64,000 nt of DNA, from assembly GCA_964509895.1 (NCBI GenBank), contig CAZDZJ010000119.1, positions 817 through 64,816 of the forward strand, given 5' to 3'. Source of the DNA: an uncultured Gemmatimonadota bacterium. GTDB lineage: Bacteria; Gemmatimonadota; Gemmatimonadetes; Palauibacterales; Palauibacteraceae. The notes beneath the pieces are model-generated. The model was not told the DNA's origin. It was given only the letters and a program-made list of their open reading frames with translations, and did no database searches. The position numbers and the translations under genes were made by a program. Numbering within the stretch: the first letter of the stretch is position 1; every line of letters starts with the position of its first letter. Positions 19,401 through 25,530 of the stretch are shown one piece after another.

Positions 19401-20750
19401 CTCTCCATCGACGGACGCACCCTCCGCGTCGCGGTACTCCTCCATCACGACATGGGCGTTCGTCCCCGATATCCCGAACGAGTTGACCCCGGCGCGCCGC
19501 GGCCGTCCCGGTTGATCCGGCCAGTCCATCATCGACGACGTCACCCGCAGCGGAAGACGATCCCAGTCGACATTCGGGTCGGGATTCCGGAAATGGAGGT
19601 GCCGTGGAATCACGCCGCGGTTGAGGACCAGCGCCGCCTTGATCACGCCCGCCACGCCCGCCGCCGATTCGAGATGCCCGATGTTCGTCTTCACCGAACC
19701 GATGAGAAGCGGGCGCCCCGCGTCGCGGCCCTCCCCGTAGACGGCGGACACGGCTTCGACCTCGATCGGGTCGCCCACCGTGGTGCCGGTCCCGTGAGCC
19801 TCCAGGTAGTCGACGTCCGAGGGAGAAACGCCCGCGTCCGAGAGCGCCGCGTGCATCACCTCTTCCAGGGCGGGCGTGTGCGGCACGGTGAGCCCGGTCC
19901 CCGCACCCCCGTGGTTCACCGCCGAGCCGCGGATCACCGCCCAGATCCGGTCGCCGTCCCGCTCCGCCTCGCTCAGCCGCTTGAGGACGACGACCCCGCA
20001 GCCTTCGCCCCGCACGTACCCGTTTGCCGAGGCGTCGAAGGTCTTGCACTGCCCATCCGGCGACAGCATCATCGCGTCCGCGCGCAGCTCGTAGATGCGG
20101 CCGTTGAGGATCGCCTGCACGCCGCCCGCAATGGCGAGGTCCGCCCTGCCCTGCTGCAGATCCGCCACCGCGTCGTGGACCGACACCATGGAGGATGCGC
20201 ACGCGGCGTCCACCGCCTTGGCCGGCCCCCGGAGCCCGAGCACGAAGGAGACGCGTCCGCTCGTGCCGTTCAGGTTCGTGCCGCTGAGCGCGTAGAGACA
20301 GCTGGCGGCCTCGGCCGGCTTGCTCGAGTCCACGACGAGCATGCGGTACTCGTCGTTGCTGATCCCGGTGTAGACGCCGGTGAGCGTCTCCCTGAGCCCG
20401 TCGGGATCCATCCCCGCGTCCTCGAGCGCCTCCCACGTCGTCTCCAGCATCATGCGCTGCTGCGGGTCCAGCAGCTCCGCCTCCACCGGCGAGATCCTGA
20501 AGAAGGCGTCGTCGAAGAGGTCGATGTCATCCACGAAAGCGCCGAAACGGCAGCCATCGCTCTGCACGGCATCGTCCCCGAAGATCTGGCCCCAGCGCCC
20601 CACGCCGGAACCCGGGACTCCCTCCTGGACGGAGTTCCCGCCCTCTTCGAGCAATCGCCAGAAGGCCGGAATGCTCGACGCGCCGGGAAAACGGCACGCC
20701 ATCCCTACGATCGCGATCGGCTCGCCCCGCCGCCCGTTCCTATCCGCCAT
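10479..20750 (-). CDS. type I polyketide synthase: KS-AT-DH-cMT-psiKR-ER-KR-ACP-KS(C-N-H)-AT(degenerate)
   Basis: Start at ATG 20750; the upstream GTG 20801 is also open. Domains by motif, given as minus-strand nt ranges: KS1 19437-20723 (DAACASS, EAHGTGT, NIGHLE). AT1 18162-19040 (GQGSQW, GHSIGE, RAFHS). DH 17052-17930 (HPLLG, DDHRVFSRVVAP, LDGCFQ, LPFGW). cMT 15852-16604 (VIEVGAGTG). psi-KR 15312-15779. ER 14241-15194 (LVHAGAGGVG). KR 13542-14204 (VTGGLGGIG). ACP 13143-13379 (LGMDSL). KS2 11778-13031 (DMACASS, EANGVGS, NIGHLE). AT2 remnant 10677-11345 (GHGVGE). No TE, R or C release domain. Confidence 0.97.
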   Translation of the reverse strand: MADRNGRRGEPIAIVGMACRFPGASSIPAFWRLLEEGGNSVQEGVPGSGVGRWGQIFGDDAVQSDGCRFGAFVDDIDLFDDAFFRISPVEAELLDPQQRMMLETTWEALEDAGMDPDGLRETLTGVYTGISNDEYRMLVVDSSKPAEAASCLYALSGTNLNGTSGRVSFVLGLRGPAKAVDAACASSMVSVHDAVADLQQGRADLAIAGGVQAILNGRIYELRADAMMLSPDGQCKTFDASANGYVRGEGCGVVVLKRLSEAERDGDRIWAVIRGSAVNHGGAGTGLTVPHTPALEEVMHAALSDAGVSPSDVDYLEAHGTGTTVGDPIEVEAVSAVYGEGRDAGRPLLIGSVKTNIGHLESAAGVAGVIKAALVLNRGVIPRHLHFRNPDPNVDWDRLPLRVTSSMMDWPDQPGRPRRAGVNSFGISGTNAHVVMEEYRDAEGASVDGEWAAGAAIPVPVPMARGVPESTGPEVEHRTTRVLPLSGKSRGALRDLAGRYLSWLDEHAGELSSGDLASDPLLSDMAWTAGVGRSHFDHRAGVVFRDAETLREGLRALAATEEGEPSAAPARVAFAYTGQGSQWAGMGAALYESEPVARAVLDRCEAVFLEERGSSLLDVMFGRGGGSADLGDTAWEQPALYALGCALTALWSSLGVRPAVVVGHSIGEIAAAQAAGVFSLEDGMRFAATRGALMSGMEEGAMAAVFAPPEQVASAVEAVNAGSSGAGLGISGYNGSHQVVSGPVADIETISKRLDEEGVRVRRLNTKRAFHSALVEPILDELEACLEGAAIGTPSLTVVSNLTGRAVEPGQTLDGAYWRRHAREAVAFAQGVEALAELGVDAVLEIGPRSVLAPMAASAWPESSRAPVVLSSLRPPAPDDPGSGGPDGFTEAVAEAYEAGLTIRFAGLFAGEAPRRISLPSYPFQRKHHWIALPKRRRGGAEHPLLGARHESARGEITFETEVFPSDPAWMDDHRVFSRVVAPGALYGAMTIAASLLEEGGSVVVEEMQLHNPLVFDEDEGEADAAGRTLQVVLDAPDPTAPRGVQIFSRGSGGVWTVHVEGRLAVGVPDPEDGGRTDLEGLKADLSRVEVAEYYRHRASTGVDLGPSFRTLGRAWSGPGEAVAEVSLPEGMAGHGLDVHPLVLDGCFQAVGVARNVAGSEGGATYLPFGWERLWLAGRLPDRVVCHVRLSEASREAEAEGGEPAEVLSGELRIYDPDGTPLGRLSGYTVKRATRQALLSAVEGVKDLLYEVVWRERDLPKGIDPADFFPSPAAIAGGAQLFAGYLTDAGVDPEDRNALLADLERWSHARALRTLEDLGWRRTAGETVDPERLRQKLDVLPEHGRLFRRMFEMLDWCGVAEETAEGFHILVGPDDPLPEHLPRDLEAFATEMAGRHAHGLTEVGLFRRSGMALADALRGDADPLTLLFSSGEPTAADLYLKAPVARAANEMLAEAVRALVAALPEGRRLRVIEVGAGTGSATASVLPELPEGRFDYVYTDISAGFFAEAEARFGDAGGCIEYRPLDIEKDPIAQGFDAHGYDLMIASNVLHATRYLEETLGHCRDLMAPSGQIVALENLTGLGWMDLTFGQLDGWWRFADDYRPHHALAGPGVWRQALGDAGFEAVEILGVDESDPDMKLDKGVIVAQGPAKVTESAGAWVLAADDGGVAERLAARMRARNQTVVVASATDGGDREAWRSLIESLPGDVPFCGAVHLAALDGHGERATTEEMAADVERAVASALALVQGVGDSDLTPERGVWFITRGAQILERERGGELAGAAVWGFGKGVAREAAHLEPRMLDLDPGSMAAEPDLANELLYPDPENHIAYRRGSRQVARLVRMGAGAERLEFPEETEWVLAPDTGGVFDRPYVQPLPARPLEPHEVRVAVEASGLNFWDVFRSLGFIEEGLLGREMCGHILEVGPEVSSVSVGDHIVGLGFGAFGPQMITHEELVAPAPDGFSVSGLATVPSAYVSAALSFELSGLEAGERVLVHAGAGGVGLAAIQLVQAAGAEVFATASVPKQAYLRSLGVEHVFDSRTTDFGHEILEATGGEGVDVVLNSLTSEGFIDASLACLREGGRFVEMARRDILTEEEMAAVRPDVGYWILELDVLKKTDPAWVGRVLRGVMEQLSTGEIEPIVHSRWPLAEAGAALSFMRSARHLGKIVVTTPPLVRGGLRGDRSYLVTGGLGGIGIAVANWLAERGAGAVVLNGRRDPDPEAEEAIGALRQRGVTVQVELADMTDQAAIDGMLARIERDLPPLGGVIHSVGVLSDGALTNQNWERFERVLWPKILGAWHLHGATRDLDLDFFTLFSSRVGVMGNPGQANHASANAFLDQLAGHRRALGLPGQAIAWGAWSDIGEAAEQRDRIDRQRSALGGRWFTPQQGMRAFDRLVRQDATASVVMSMDWDVFEEAVDDPPPMLEDLLSAASEARAGDASSSEDVLTRLRGTLAAERQDLLVSFVQGEVQAVLRLSSAPAPTVGFFDLGMDSLMAVELRNRLNRAFAGTYTAPNTLVFDYPNIAELAAHLAEALGEGGEAPAATPEAATEAPVQPAVGDSAAGAGEAEDDGVAIVGMACRFPGAPDLAAFWRQLDAGVDAVTDGRRDAGPWNGVAGDPASEDPNSRRGAFLEDIDKFDARFFGITPIEARMMDPRQRLLLETTWHALEDAGLDAARLKGTNTGVYAGVTTGDYRDLAAAMGHGHGYLGTTMSVTAGRISFALGLTGPAVPLDMACASSLVAVHQAAAAVRQGEVELALVGGVNAILWPETATFMKEVGLLSASGTCHSFDAAADGFVRGEGCGVVVLKRLADAKADGDRIWGVIRGSAVNQNGTSAGLTVPNGPAQERVIEEALARAGVAPASVDYLEANGVGSDLGDPIEVQAAAAVYGEGRDEERPLLIGSVKTNIGHLECAAGIASLIKAVLAMNEGRIPKQLHFHNPNPHLAWEDLPVRVTDEAVAWPSNGDRPPRAGVSSFGISGTNAHVVVEGNGGPDRASILNGARMPAGPGVTVPLALPESEGWPPLAGDAGPRETRLLPLSAKSPRALRELARLYLEWLEGRVGEAPEGVPDEGGAGASVLADMAWTAGVGRSHLAHRAGLVFRDVASLREGLGVLAEREVEDEWRRDAGPGTAPKVAFVFAGEEGARDGSGEELYDREPVVRAILDRCELVLGEERDGASLLDVMFGRAGAQGTLRDPEWAQPAAYALGCALTALWASAGIRPGAVAGHGVGELAAGWVAGIFSLDDGLRLSAARGAAMARPKQRLAAAMPGDDPDDPKSDPLEELEAAAQGMGLSSPAMAIISQVTGRRMDAARAPDGAYWREQASARGDRGRTSRALADLGVDHVIEIGPSSSAGPAALGDWPDERGGAEHPFPVAVARAYEAGLPVSFVGLFAGETRRRIALPGYPFQRRRHWIETGA

Positions 20751-20811
20751 GACAGATCCCCTTGCCGGCCGGCTTCCCCGAACCGGACATTGGTTGGCCA
20801 CAGAATGTGAT

Positions 20812-20831
20812 TGAAATATGTCCTGAAATAT
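20812..20831. promoter_or_regulatory. direct repeat TGAAATAT x2 in the divergent PKS/creatininase control region
   Basis: TGAAATAT occurs at 20812-20819 and 20824-20831 (12-bp period) in the only AT-rich stretch of the spacer. It is flanked by the inverted heptamers GTTGGCC (20793-20799) and GGCCAAC (20848-20854). Confidence 0.4.
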
Positions 20832-20887
20832 CGCGTCGTAGTAGTCCGGCCAACGCGGCCCGGCGAAGAGACGACAGGAGGAGGACG

Positions 20888-21799
20888 ATGATGCACGCCC
20901 GTTCGACTTTGACCACCCTGGTCGCCCTCATCGCGATCCCCCTCGCAGCCCCCGCCGGAGCCATGGGTCAGAACCGGGAGATGACGCCGGAGGAGCGCGC
21001 CCGGGTCATGGCCGAGTACGAAGCCCGGATCGACGCCGAACTCGTCTCCGAGCGGCCGATCGAGATGTTCGACTCGATCTGGATCGAGGAACTCACGTGG
21101 ATGGAAGTCCGCGACATGATGGCGGACGGCTACGACATCGCGATCATCTCCACCGGCGGGATCGAGCAGAACGGGCCCTACGTCGCGACGGGCAAGCACA
21201 ACTACGTGCTGCAGGGGACGTGCGAGGCGATCGCACGGGAACTGGGCAGCGCGCTCTGCGCGCCGATCATGAAGCTCGTTCCCGAGGGGAACATCGACGA
21301 ACCGTCGGGTCACATGCGCTACCCCGGCACGATCTCGCTCCGCCCGGAGACGTTCGAGGCCGTGCTCGATGACGTCGCCTCCAGCCTCCGGGCTCACGGC
21401 TTCGAGCACATCGTCTTCATCGGGGACAGCGGCGGGAACGTGCAGGGGATGGCAAACGTCGCGGCGCGCCTCAACGAGCGCTGGGACGACGCCCACGCCC
21501 ACCACATCCCCGAGTACTACCGTTACGGCGGCGGCGACTTCCTCGAGTCCGAACTCGGGATCGTGGAGACCGAGAACGACGGCATCCACGACAGCTTCGG
21601 GATCACGAGCCTGATGATGACCGTCGACCCGACCGTCGTCCGCTACGACCAGCGGGTGAAGGCGGGGCTGGCGAAGATCAACGGCGTCCCGATCGCCCCG
21701 AAGGAGAAGACGATCGAGATCGGCCTCAGGCTCCAGGCCTACCGGACCGCGCTTACCGTGAAGAAGATCCGCGAGTCGATCGCCAACGCGGGCGGATAG
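20888..21799 (+). CDS. creatininase (creatinine amidohydrolase) family hydrolase with signal peptide
   Basis: ATG 20888 is preceded by AGGAGGAGGA (20876-20885). Sec-type signal MMHARSTLTTLVALIAIPLAAPAGAMG. Creatininase-fold segments ISTGGIEQNGPY and FIGDSGGN. Confidence 0.85.
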   Translation: MMHARSTLTTLVALIAIPLAAPAGAMGQNREMTPEERARVMAEYEARIDAELVSERPIEMFDSIWIEELTWMEVRDMMADGYDIAIISTGGIEQNGPYVATGKHNYVLQGTCEAIARELGSALCAPIMKLVPEGNIDEPSGHMRYPGTISLRPETFEAVLDDVASSLRAHGFEHIVFIGDSGGNVQGMANVAARLNERWDDAHAHHIPEYYRYGGGDFLESELGIVETENDGIHDSFGITSLMMTVDPTVVRYDQRVKAGLAKINGVPIAPKEKTIEIGLRLQAYRTALTVKKIRESIANAGG

Positions 21800-21931
21800 C
21801 GAGCGCTCCCCCATCGCGCGGCCCGCGCGGAGAGCGTCCTCGCCGAGGATGTCCGCGCGGGTCCGTTGAATCCCGCCGCCCCCCGCGAGGCGTAACTCCT
21901 CCTTTCGGCCGACCCCTGGAAAGAAGAACGA

Positions 21932-23008
21932 GTGGCGAGTTCCCAACCGACGTCCCCCATGCCCGCGCGAGGCAAGCTGCTCATCGGCACGCTCGCGTTC
22001 GGGGGGCTCACGGTACTGGGCCTCGTGGCGCTCATCCGGTGGCGCCCTCCATCGGAACTCGACAGCATCCTGGCCCGCATCACGCCGGCGTTCGCCCTTG
22101 CCCTGCTGGCGCTGCTCGCGCTCGACTTCACGCTGGGCGGGGTCCGATATCGACTGCTCCTCGACGGCCGCGTCTTCTCGCGCGTATCGCTGTGGCACTG
22201 CGTGCGTGCGAATTGGGCGAACATGTTTCTGGGCGCGATCACGCCGGCGCAGACGGGTGGGGGCGCCGCGCAACTCTATGTGCTGTGCCGGCGCGGGGCG
22301 CGGTTGTCCGAAGCGATTCTCTGCTCGCTGCTGACGTTTGTCGCCACGCTGCTCTTCTTCGCGCTCGGCGGTCTGGCGGCCCTCGCGTTTCTGCCGGACG
22401 AGGCGCTGTCCCGGGGCGTCCTGGTCACGCTCGTCATCGCGGTGGCGGTCATAACGGCGCTGTCGGCCCTGCTCATTTCAGCCATCGCCACGCGGCGCCG
22501 CACCGTTCGGTGGGTTCGACGTTTCCTCAACCTGATCTCGAGACGGGGGACGCGGGTCCGGCGCTGGGCAGCGGCGGGCCGGCAACTGCTGAGCCGTGAG
22601 ATCGATCGGCTGGCCTCCGGGGTCCGGGCCGTTGCATCGCGAGGCAGGGTGACGCTCCTCTGGGTGTGCGCCGCGACCGTGGTGCTCTACTTCAACAAGT
22701 ACCTCATGGGCTACGTGCTTGCGGCCGCGCTCCAGGGGCCGGTCGATGTCTCCTTCATCGGCCTCCAGCTTCTCCAGCACATCGTCCTCTACTTCGCGCC
22801 GACACCGGGAGCCTCGGGCGTCGCCGAGGCTTCGACGGGGCTCCTGATGAACCGGGTGCTGCTCGTGGAGGTCACGGTCCTGTGGGTCGTCGGATGGCGG
22901 CTGCTCACGACGTTCTTCGGGACGATCCTCGGGGCCTTCGTGCTGCTCGTCGAGGCGCGTCGCCACGTCGAGGATGTCCGGGCCGAAGGGAAAGGCGCAG
23001 CCGCGTGA
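21932..23008 (+). CDS. UPF0104 / lysyl-phosphatidylglycerol-synthase-TM (flippase-like) membrane protein
   Basis: Multi-pass membrane protein. RANWANMFLGAITPAQTGGGAAQLYVL matches the family's conserved TP-x-x-x-GG loop. GTG 21932 is used; ATG 21959 is an alternative. Confidence 0.75.
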   Translation: MASSQPTSPMPARGKLLIGTLAFGGLTVLGLVALIRWRPPSELDSILARITPAFALALLALLALDFTLGGVRYRLLLDGRVFSRVSLWHCVRANWANMFLGAITPAQTGGGAAQLYVLCRRGARLSEAILCSLLTFVATLLFFALGGLAALAFLPDEALSRGVLVTLVIAVAVITALSALLISAIATRRRTVRWVRRFLNLISRRGTRVRRWAAAGRQLLSREIDRLASGVRAVASRGRVTLLWVCAATVVLYFNKYLMGYVLAAALQGPVDVSFIGLQLLQHIVLYFAPTPGASGVAEASTGLLMNRVLLVEVTVLWVVGWRLLTTFFGTILGAFVLLVEARRHVEDVRAEGKGAAA

Positions 23009-24276
23009 CCGGGTCCGGCGCACGGACGCCTCCGACCGACGCCAGGGCGCCTGCGACCGACGCGAGAATGCCCGCGACGGATGCAAGGACACTTCCGGCG
23101 AGCCGGACCGCTCACGCACCGATGCGGCTCTGCCTCGGCGGGGCCGAGTTCTGGACCCACCTCCGGCGCGACATCGGAGAGGCTCGCGACTACGTCTATC
23201 TGCAGACGCTCTCCTTCGAGGGCGACGCGGCCGGGCTGGGCCTGGCGGAAGCCCTCCTCGCCTGTGAAGCGCCGCGGAGGCGCATCGTCGCCGACGCCGT
23301 GACGAAGTACCTGATCAACGACCGGTTCATCGGGCTACCGGCGGCGCGGCGCGACCCGGTCCTGCAGCGCGAGGTCGCGGCCACCGGCGAGATGTGCGAC
23401 CGGCTCGAGCGTGGGGGGGTGCCCGTCCGGTTCGCATGGCCCGTGGGGTGGCGATTTCACCGACTCATCGCCCGCAACCACAAGAAGCTGATCGCCATCG
23501 ACGACCGGATCGCGTACCTGGGCGGGATCAACTTCAGCGAGCACAACTTCGCCTGGCACGATTTCATGATCCGGATCGAGAATCCGGGGATCGCGGCGTT
23601 CCTGCGCGAGGACTTCGAGCACACGTGGCAGGGGCGCGACCGGGCTGCCGCCGCGGAGATCGACGGCGACGAGATCGTGGTCGGAGAGGGGCGGGGGAAC
23701 GCCGTGCTGCGTGAGGCCGTTTCCCGCGCGCTCGACCGCGCGAAGGACCGGATCGTCGTCCAGTGCCCCTACGTCAGCGAGCCGTTCTGGAGCGCGCTCG
23801 GCCGGGCACACCGCCGCGGCGTGCACGTCACGGTGATGATGCCGGAGGATCACAACCGGGCCGTCATGAAATGGGGTACGCTCGACGCCGCCCGGCGCGA
23901 AGGCTTCGAGGTCCTCATGCTGCCCGGGCCCATGACGCACGCCAAGGTGTTGCAGGTCGACGACGCCGTCGTCCTCGGTTCGGCGAACTTCGACTACGTG
24001 AGCTTCCGCATGCAGCCGGAGGTCGTGCTCATCACGAGCGCGCCGGGACTCGTCCGTGAGATCGGAGAGCGCATCCTCGAGCCCGACCTTGCGCGCTGCC
24101 GGGAGCCGTTGGAGGAGCGCCGGCAGCGGTGGCGCGAACGCCTGGGCGGCATGTCGATGCGTGCACTGGAGTTGCTGTCCTCCTCGGTACGCGAACGCCG
24201 GCCGGGCCCGATCCCCCTTGCAACCTGGCGCGACGGACTCCTGGTCCCCGGCTCCCGCCAGCCGCCCGACCGCTGA
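23005..24276 (+). CDS. phospholipase D / cardiolipin-synthase-like protein (two HKD motifs)
   Basis: GTG 23005 overlaps the upstream stop (GTGA); ATG 23122 is an alternative. HKD1 is ARNHKKLIAIDDRIAYLGGINF and HKD2 is MTHAKVLQVDDAVVLGSANFD. Confidence 0.85.
   Translation: MTGSGARTPPTDARAPATDARMPATDARTLPASRTAHAPMRLCLGGAEFWTHLRRDIGEARDYVYLQTLSFEGDAAGLGLAEALLACEAPRRRIVADAVTKYLINDRFIGLPAARRDPVLQREVAATGEMCDRLERGGVPVRFAWPVGWRFHRLIARNHKKLIAIDDRIAYLGGINFSEHNFAWHDFMIRIENPGIAAFLREDFEHTWQGRDRAAAAEIDGDEIVVGEGRGNAVLREAVSRALDRAKDRIVVQCPYVSEPFWSALGRAHRRGVHVTVMMPEDHNRAVMKWGTLDAARREGFEVLMLPGPMTHAKVLQVDDAVVLGSANFDYVSFRMQPEVVLITSAPGLVREIGERILEPDLARCREPLEERRQRWRERLGGMSMRALELLSSSVRERRPGPIPLATWRDGLLVPGSRQPPDR
23029..23091 (+). 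repeat. 3 x 21-bp in-frame tandem repeat encoding (P-[PA]-T-D-A-R-x)3
   Basis: The DNA units cctccgaccgacgccagggcg, cctgcgaccgacgcgagaatg and cccgcgacggatgcaaggaca encode PPTDARA, PATDARM and PATDART. They lie in the predicted N-terminal extension of the PLD-like protein. Confidence 0.7.
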
Positions 24277-24339
24277 CGGGCCTCCCCGTGAAGCGCTCGA
24301 CCATCCCCGTGGTCAGGGTTGGCGCGTTAGTATGAACCG

Positions 24340-25446
24340 ATGACTTCGTGGTTTCGGCGGTACCTGCTGCCGGGGTTCGTTTTCCAGTCCATCATCATCG
24401 GGGGCGGGTACGGGACGGGGCGCGAACTCGTCGAGTTCTTCCTCCGCTTCGGCCCGCTCGGCGGACTGCTCGGGATGCTCCTTCCGGCGACGATGCTCAT
24501 GAGCCTCACTTCGATGGCCTCGTTCGAGTTCGTGCGCGTGTTCGGGACGTACGACTACCGGACGTTCTTCCAGCAGATGCTCGGGCGATGGTGGGTCACG
24601 TACGAAATCGGCTACCTGTGCGCCGTCCTGCTCTTCCTGGCCGTGATCGGTGCGGCCGCGGGGACCTTTCTCCTCGAGACGTTCGGGCTCCCGTTCGCGG
24701 CCGGCGTCACCGGACTTCTCGTCGCCATCGGTTTCCTGGTCTTCAAGGGGACGGAGACGATCGAACGGTTCTTTTCCGGCTGGTCGTTCCTCCTGTACGG
24801 CGTCTATCTCATCTTCTTCGCCTGGTCGATCGCCCGCTTCGGGGACGGCATCGGGAGGGCCTTCACGTCGGGCGAGGCCGGGGAGGGATGGGCGCTTTCG
24901 GGGTTCCGTTACGGCGTGCTCCAGGTATCGCTCCTGCCCGCGATGCTGTTCGCGACGCGGCACATCGGGAGGCGGCGGGAAGCGCTGTGGGCCGGCGCCC
25001 TCACGGGACCGATCGCGATCATCCCGGGCGTCCTCTTCCTCGTGGCGATGGCGGGCCAGTACCCGGGGATCGTGGACCGCCCCGTGCCGGCCAACCATCT
25101 CCTCGAACTCCTGGGGTCGCGAGGGTTCCAGATCGCCTTCCAGGTCGTCCTCTTCGGCACTCTCATCGAGTCCGGGACCGGGGTGATCCACGCGTTCAAC
25201 GAGCGCCTCGCCGGCGTGTTCGCGGCGCGGAAGGCCCGCATGCCGGCGGCGATGCGGCCCGCGGTCGCCATCGTTCTCCTGATCGTCGCTTCGCTCCTGT
25301 CGAGGTTCGGGATCATCGATCTCATCGCGACCGGCTACGGGGCGCTGAGCTGGGCCTTCCTCTTCATCTTCGTCCTCCCACTGTTCACGATCGGGATCCA
25401 CAAGCTGCGCCGGCGCGGAGCGGCAGCGAGCGGAGGATCCGCGTAG
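24340..25446 (+). CDS. YkvI-like membrane protein (putative transporter)
   Basis: Polytopic membrane protein. The N-terminal FVFQSIIIGGGYGTGRELVEFF resembles the YkvI family G-A-G-F-A-S-G-Q-E motif. Confidence 0.7.
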   Translation: MTSWFRRYLLPGFVFQSIIIGGGYGTGRELVEFFLRFGPLGGLLGMLLPATMLMSLTSMASFEFVRVFGTYDYRTFFQQMLGRWWVTYEIGYLCAVLLFLAVIGAAAGTFLLETFGLPFAAGVTGLLVAIGFLVFKGTETIERFFSGWSFLLYGVYLIFFAWSIARFGDGIGRAFTSGEAGEGWALSGFRYGVLQVSLLPAMLFATRHIGRRREALWAGALTGPIAIIPGVLFLVAMAGQYPGIVDRPVPANHLLELLGSRGFQIAFQVVLFGTLIESGTGVIHAFNERLAGVFAARKARMPAAMRPAVAIVLLIVASLLSRFGIIDLIATGYGALSWAFLFIFVLPLFTIGIHKLRRRGAAASGGSA

Positions 25447-25530
25447 GGCGGAATCGGGTCGGCGTCCCTATATTGAAGGGTTGAAGTCGAAGGGTGACGT
25501 GTACCGCCGCCGCGGGGGGCGAGCGATTCC

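Noticed and set aside
11058-20810. A 3250-aa ORF on the + strand, antisense to the entire PKS gene.
   Set aside because: The translation is low-complexity and rich in Arg, Pro, Gly and His, with no recognisable motif. The opposite strand carries every canonical PKS motif. Long stop-free antisense frames are expected in DNA of about 70% G+C with GC3-biased codons.
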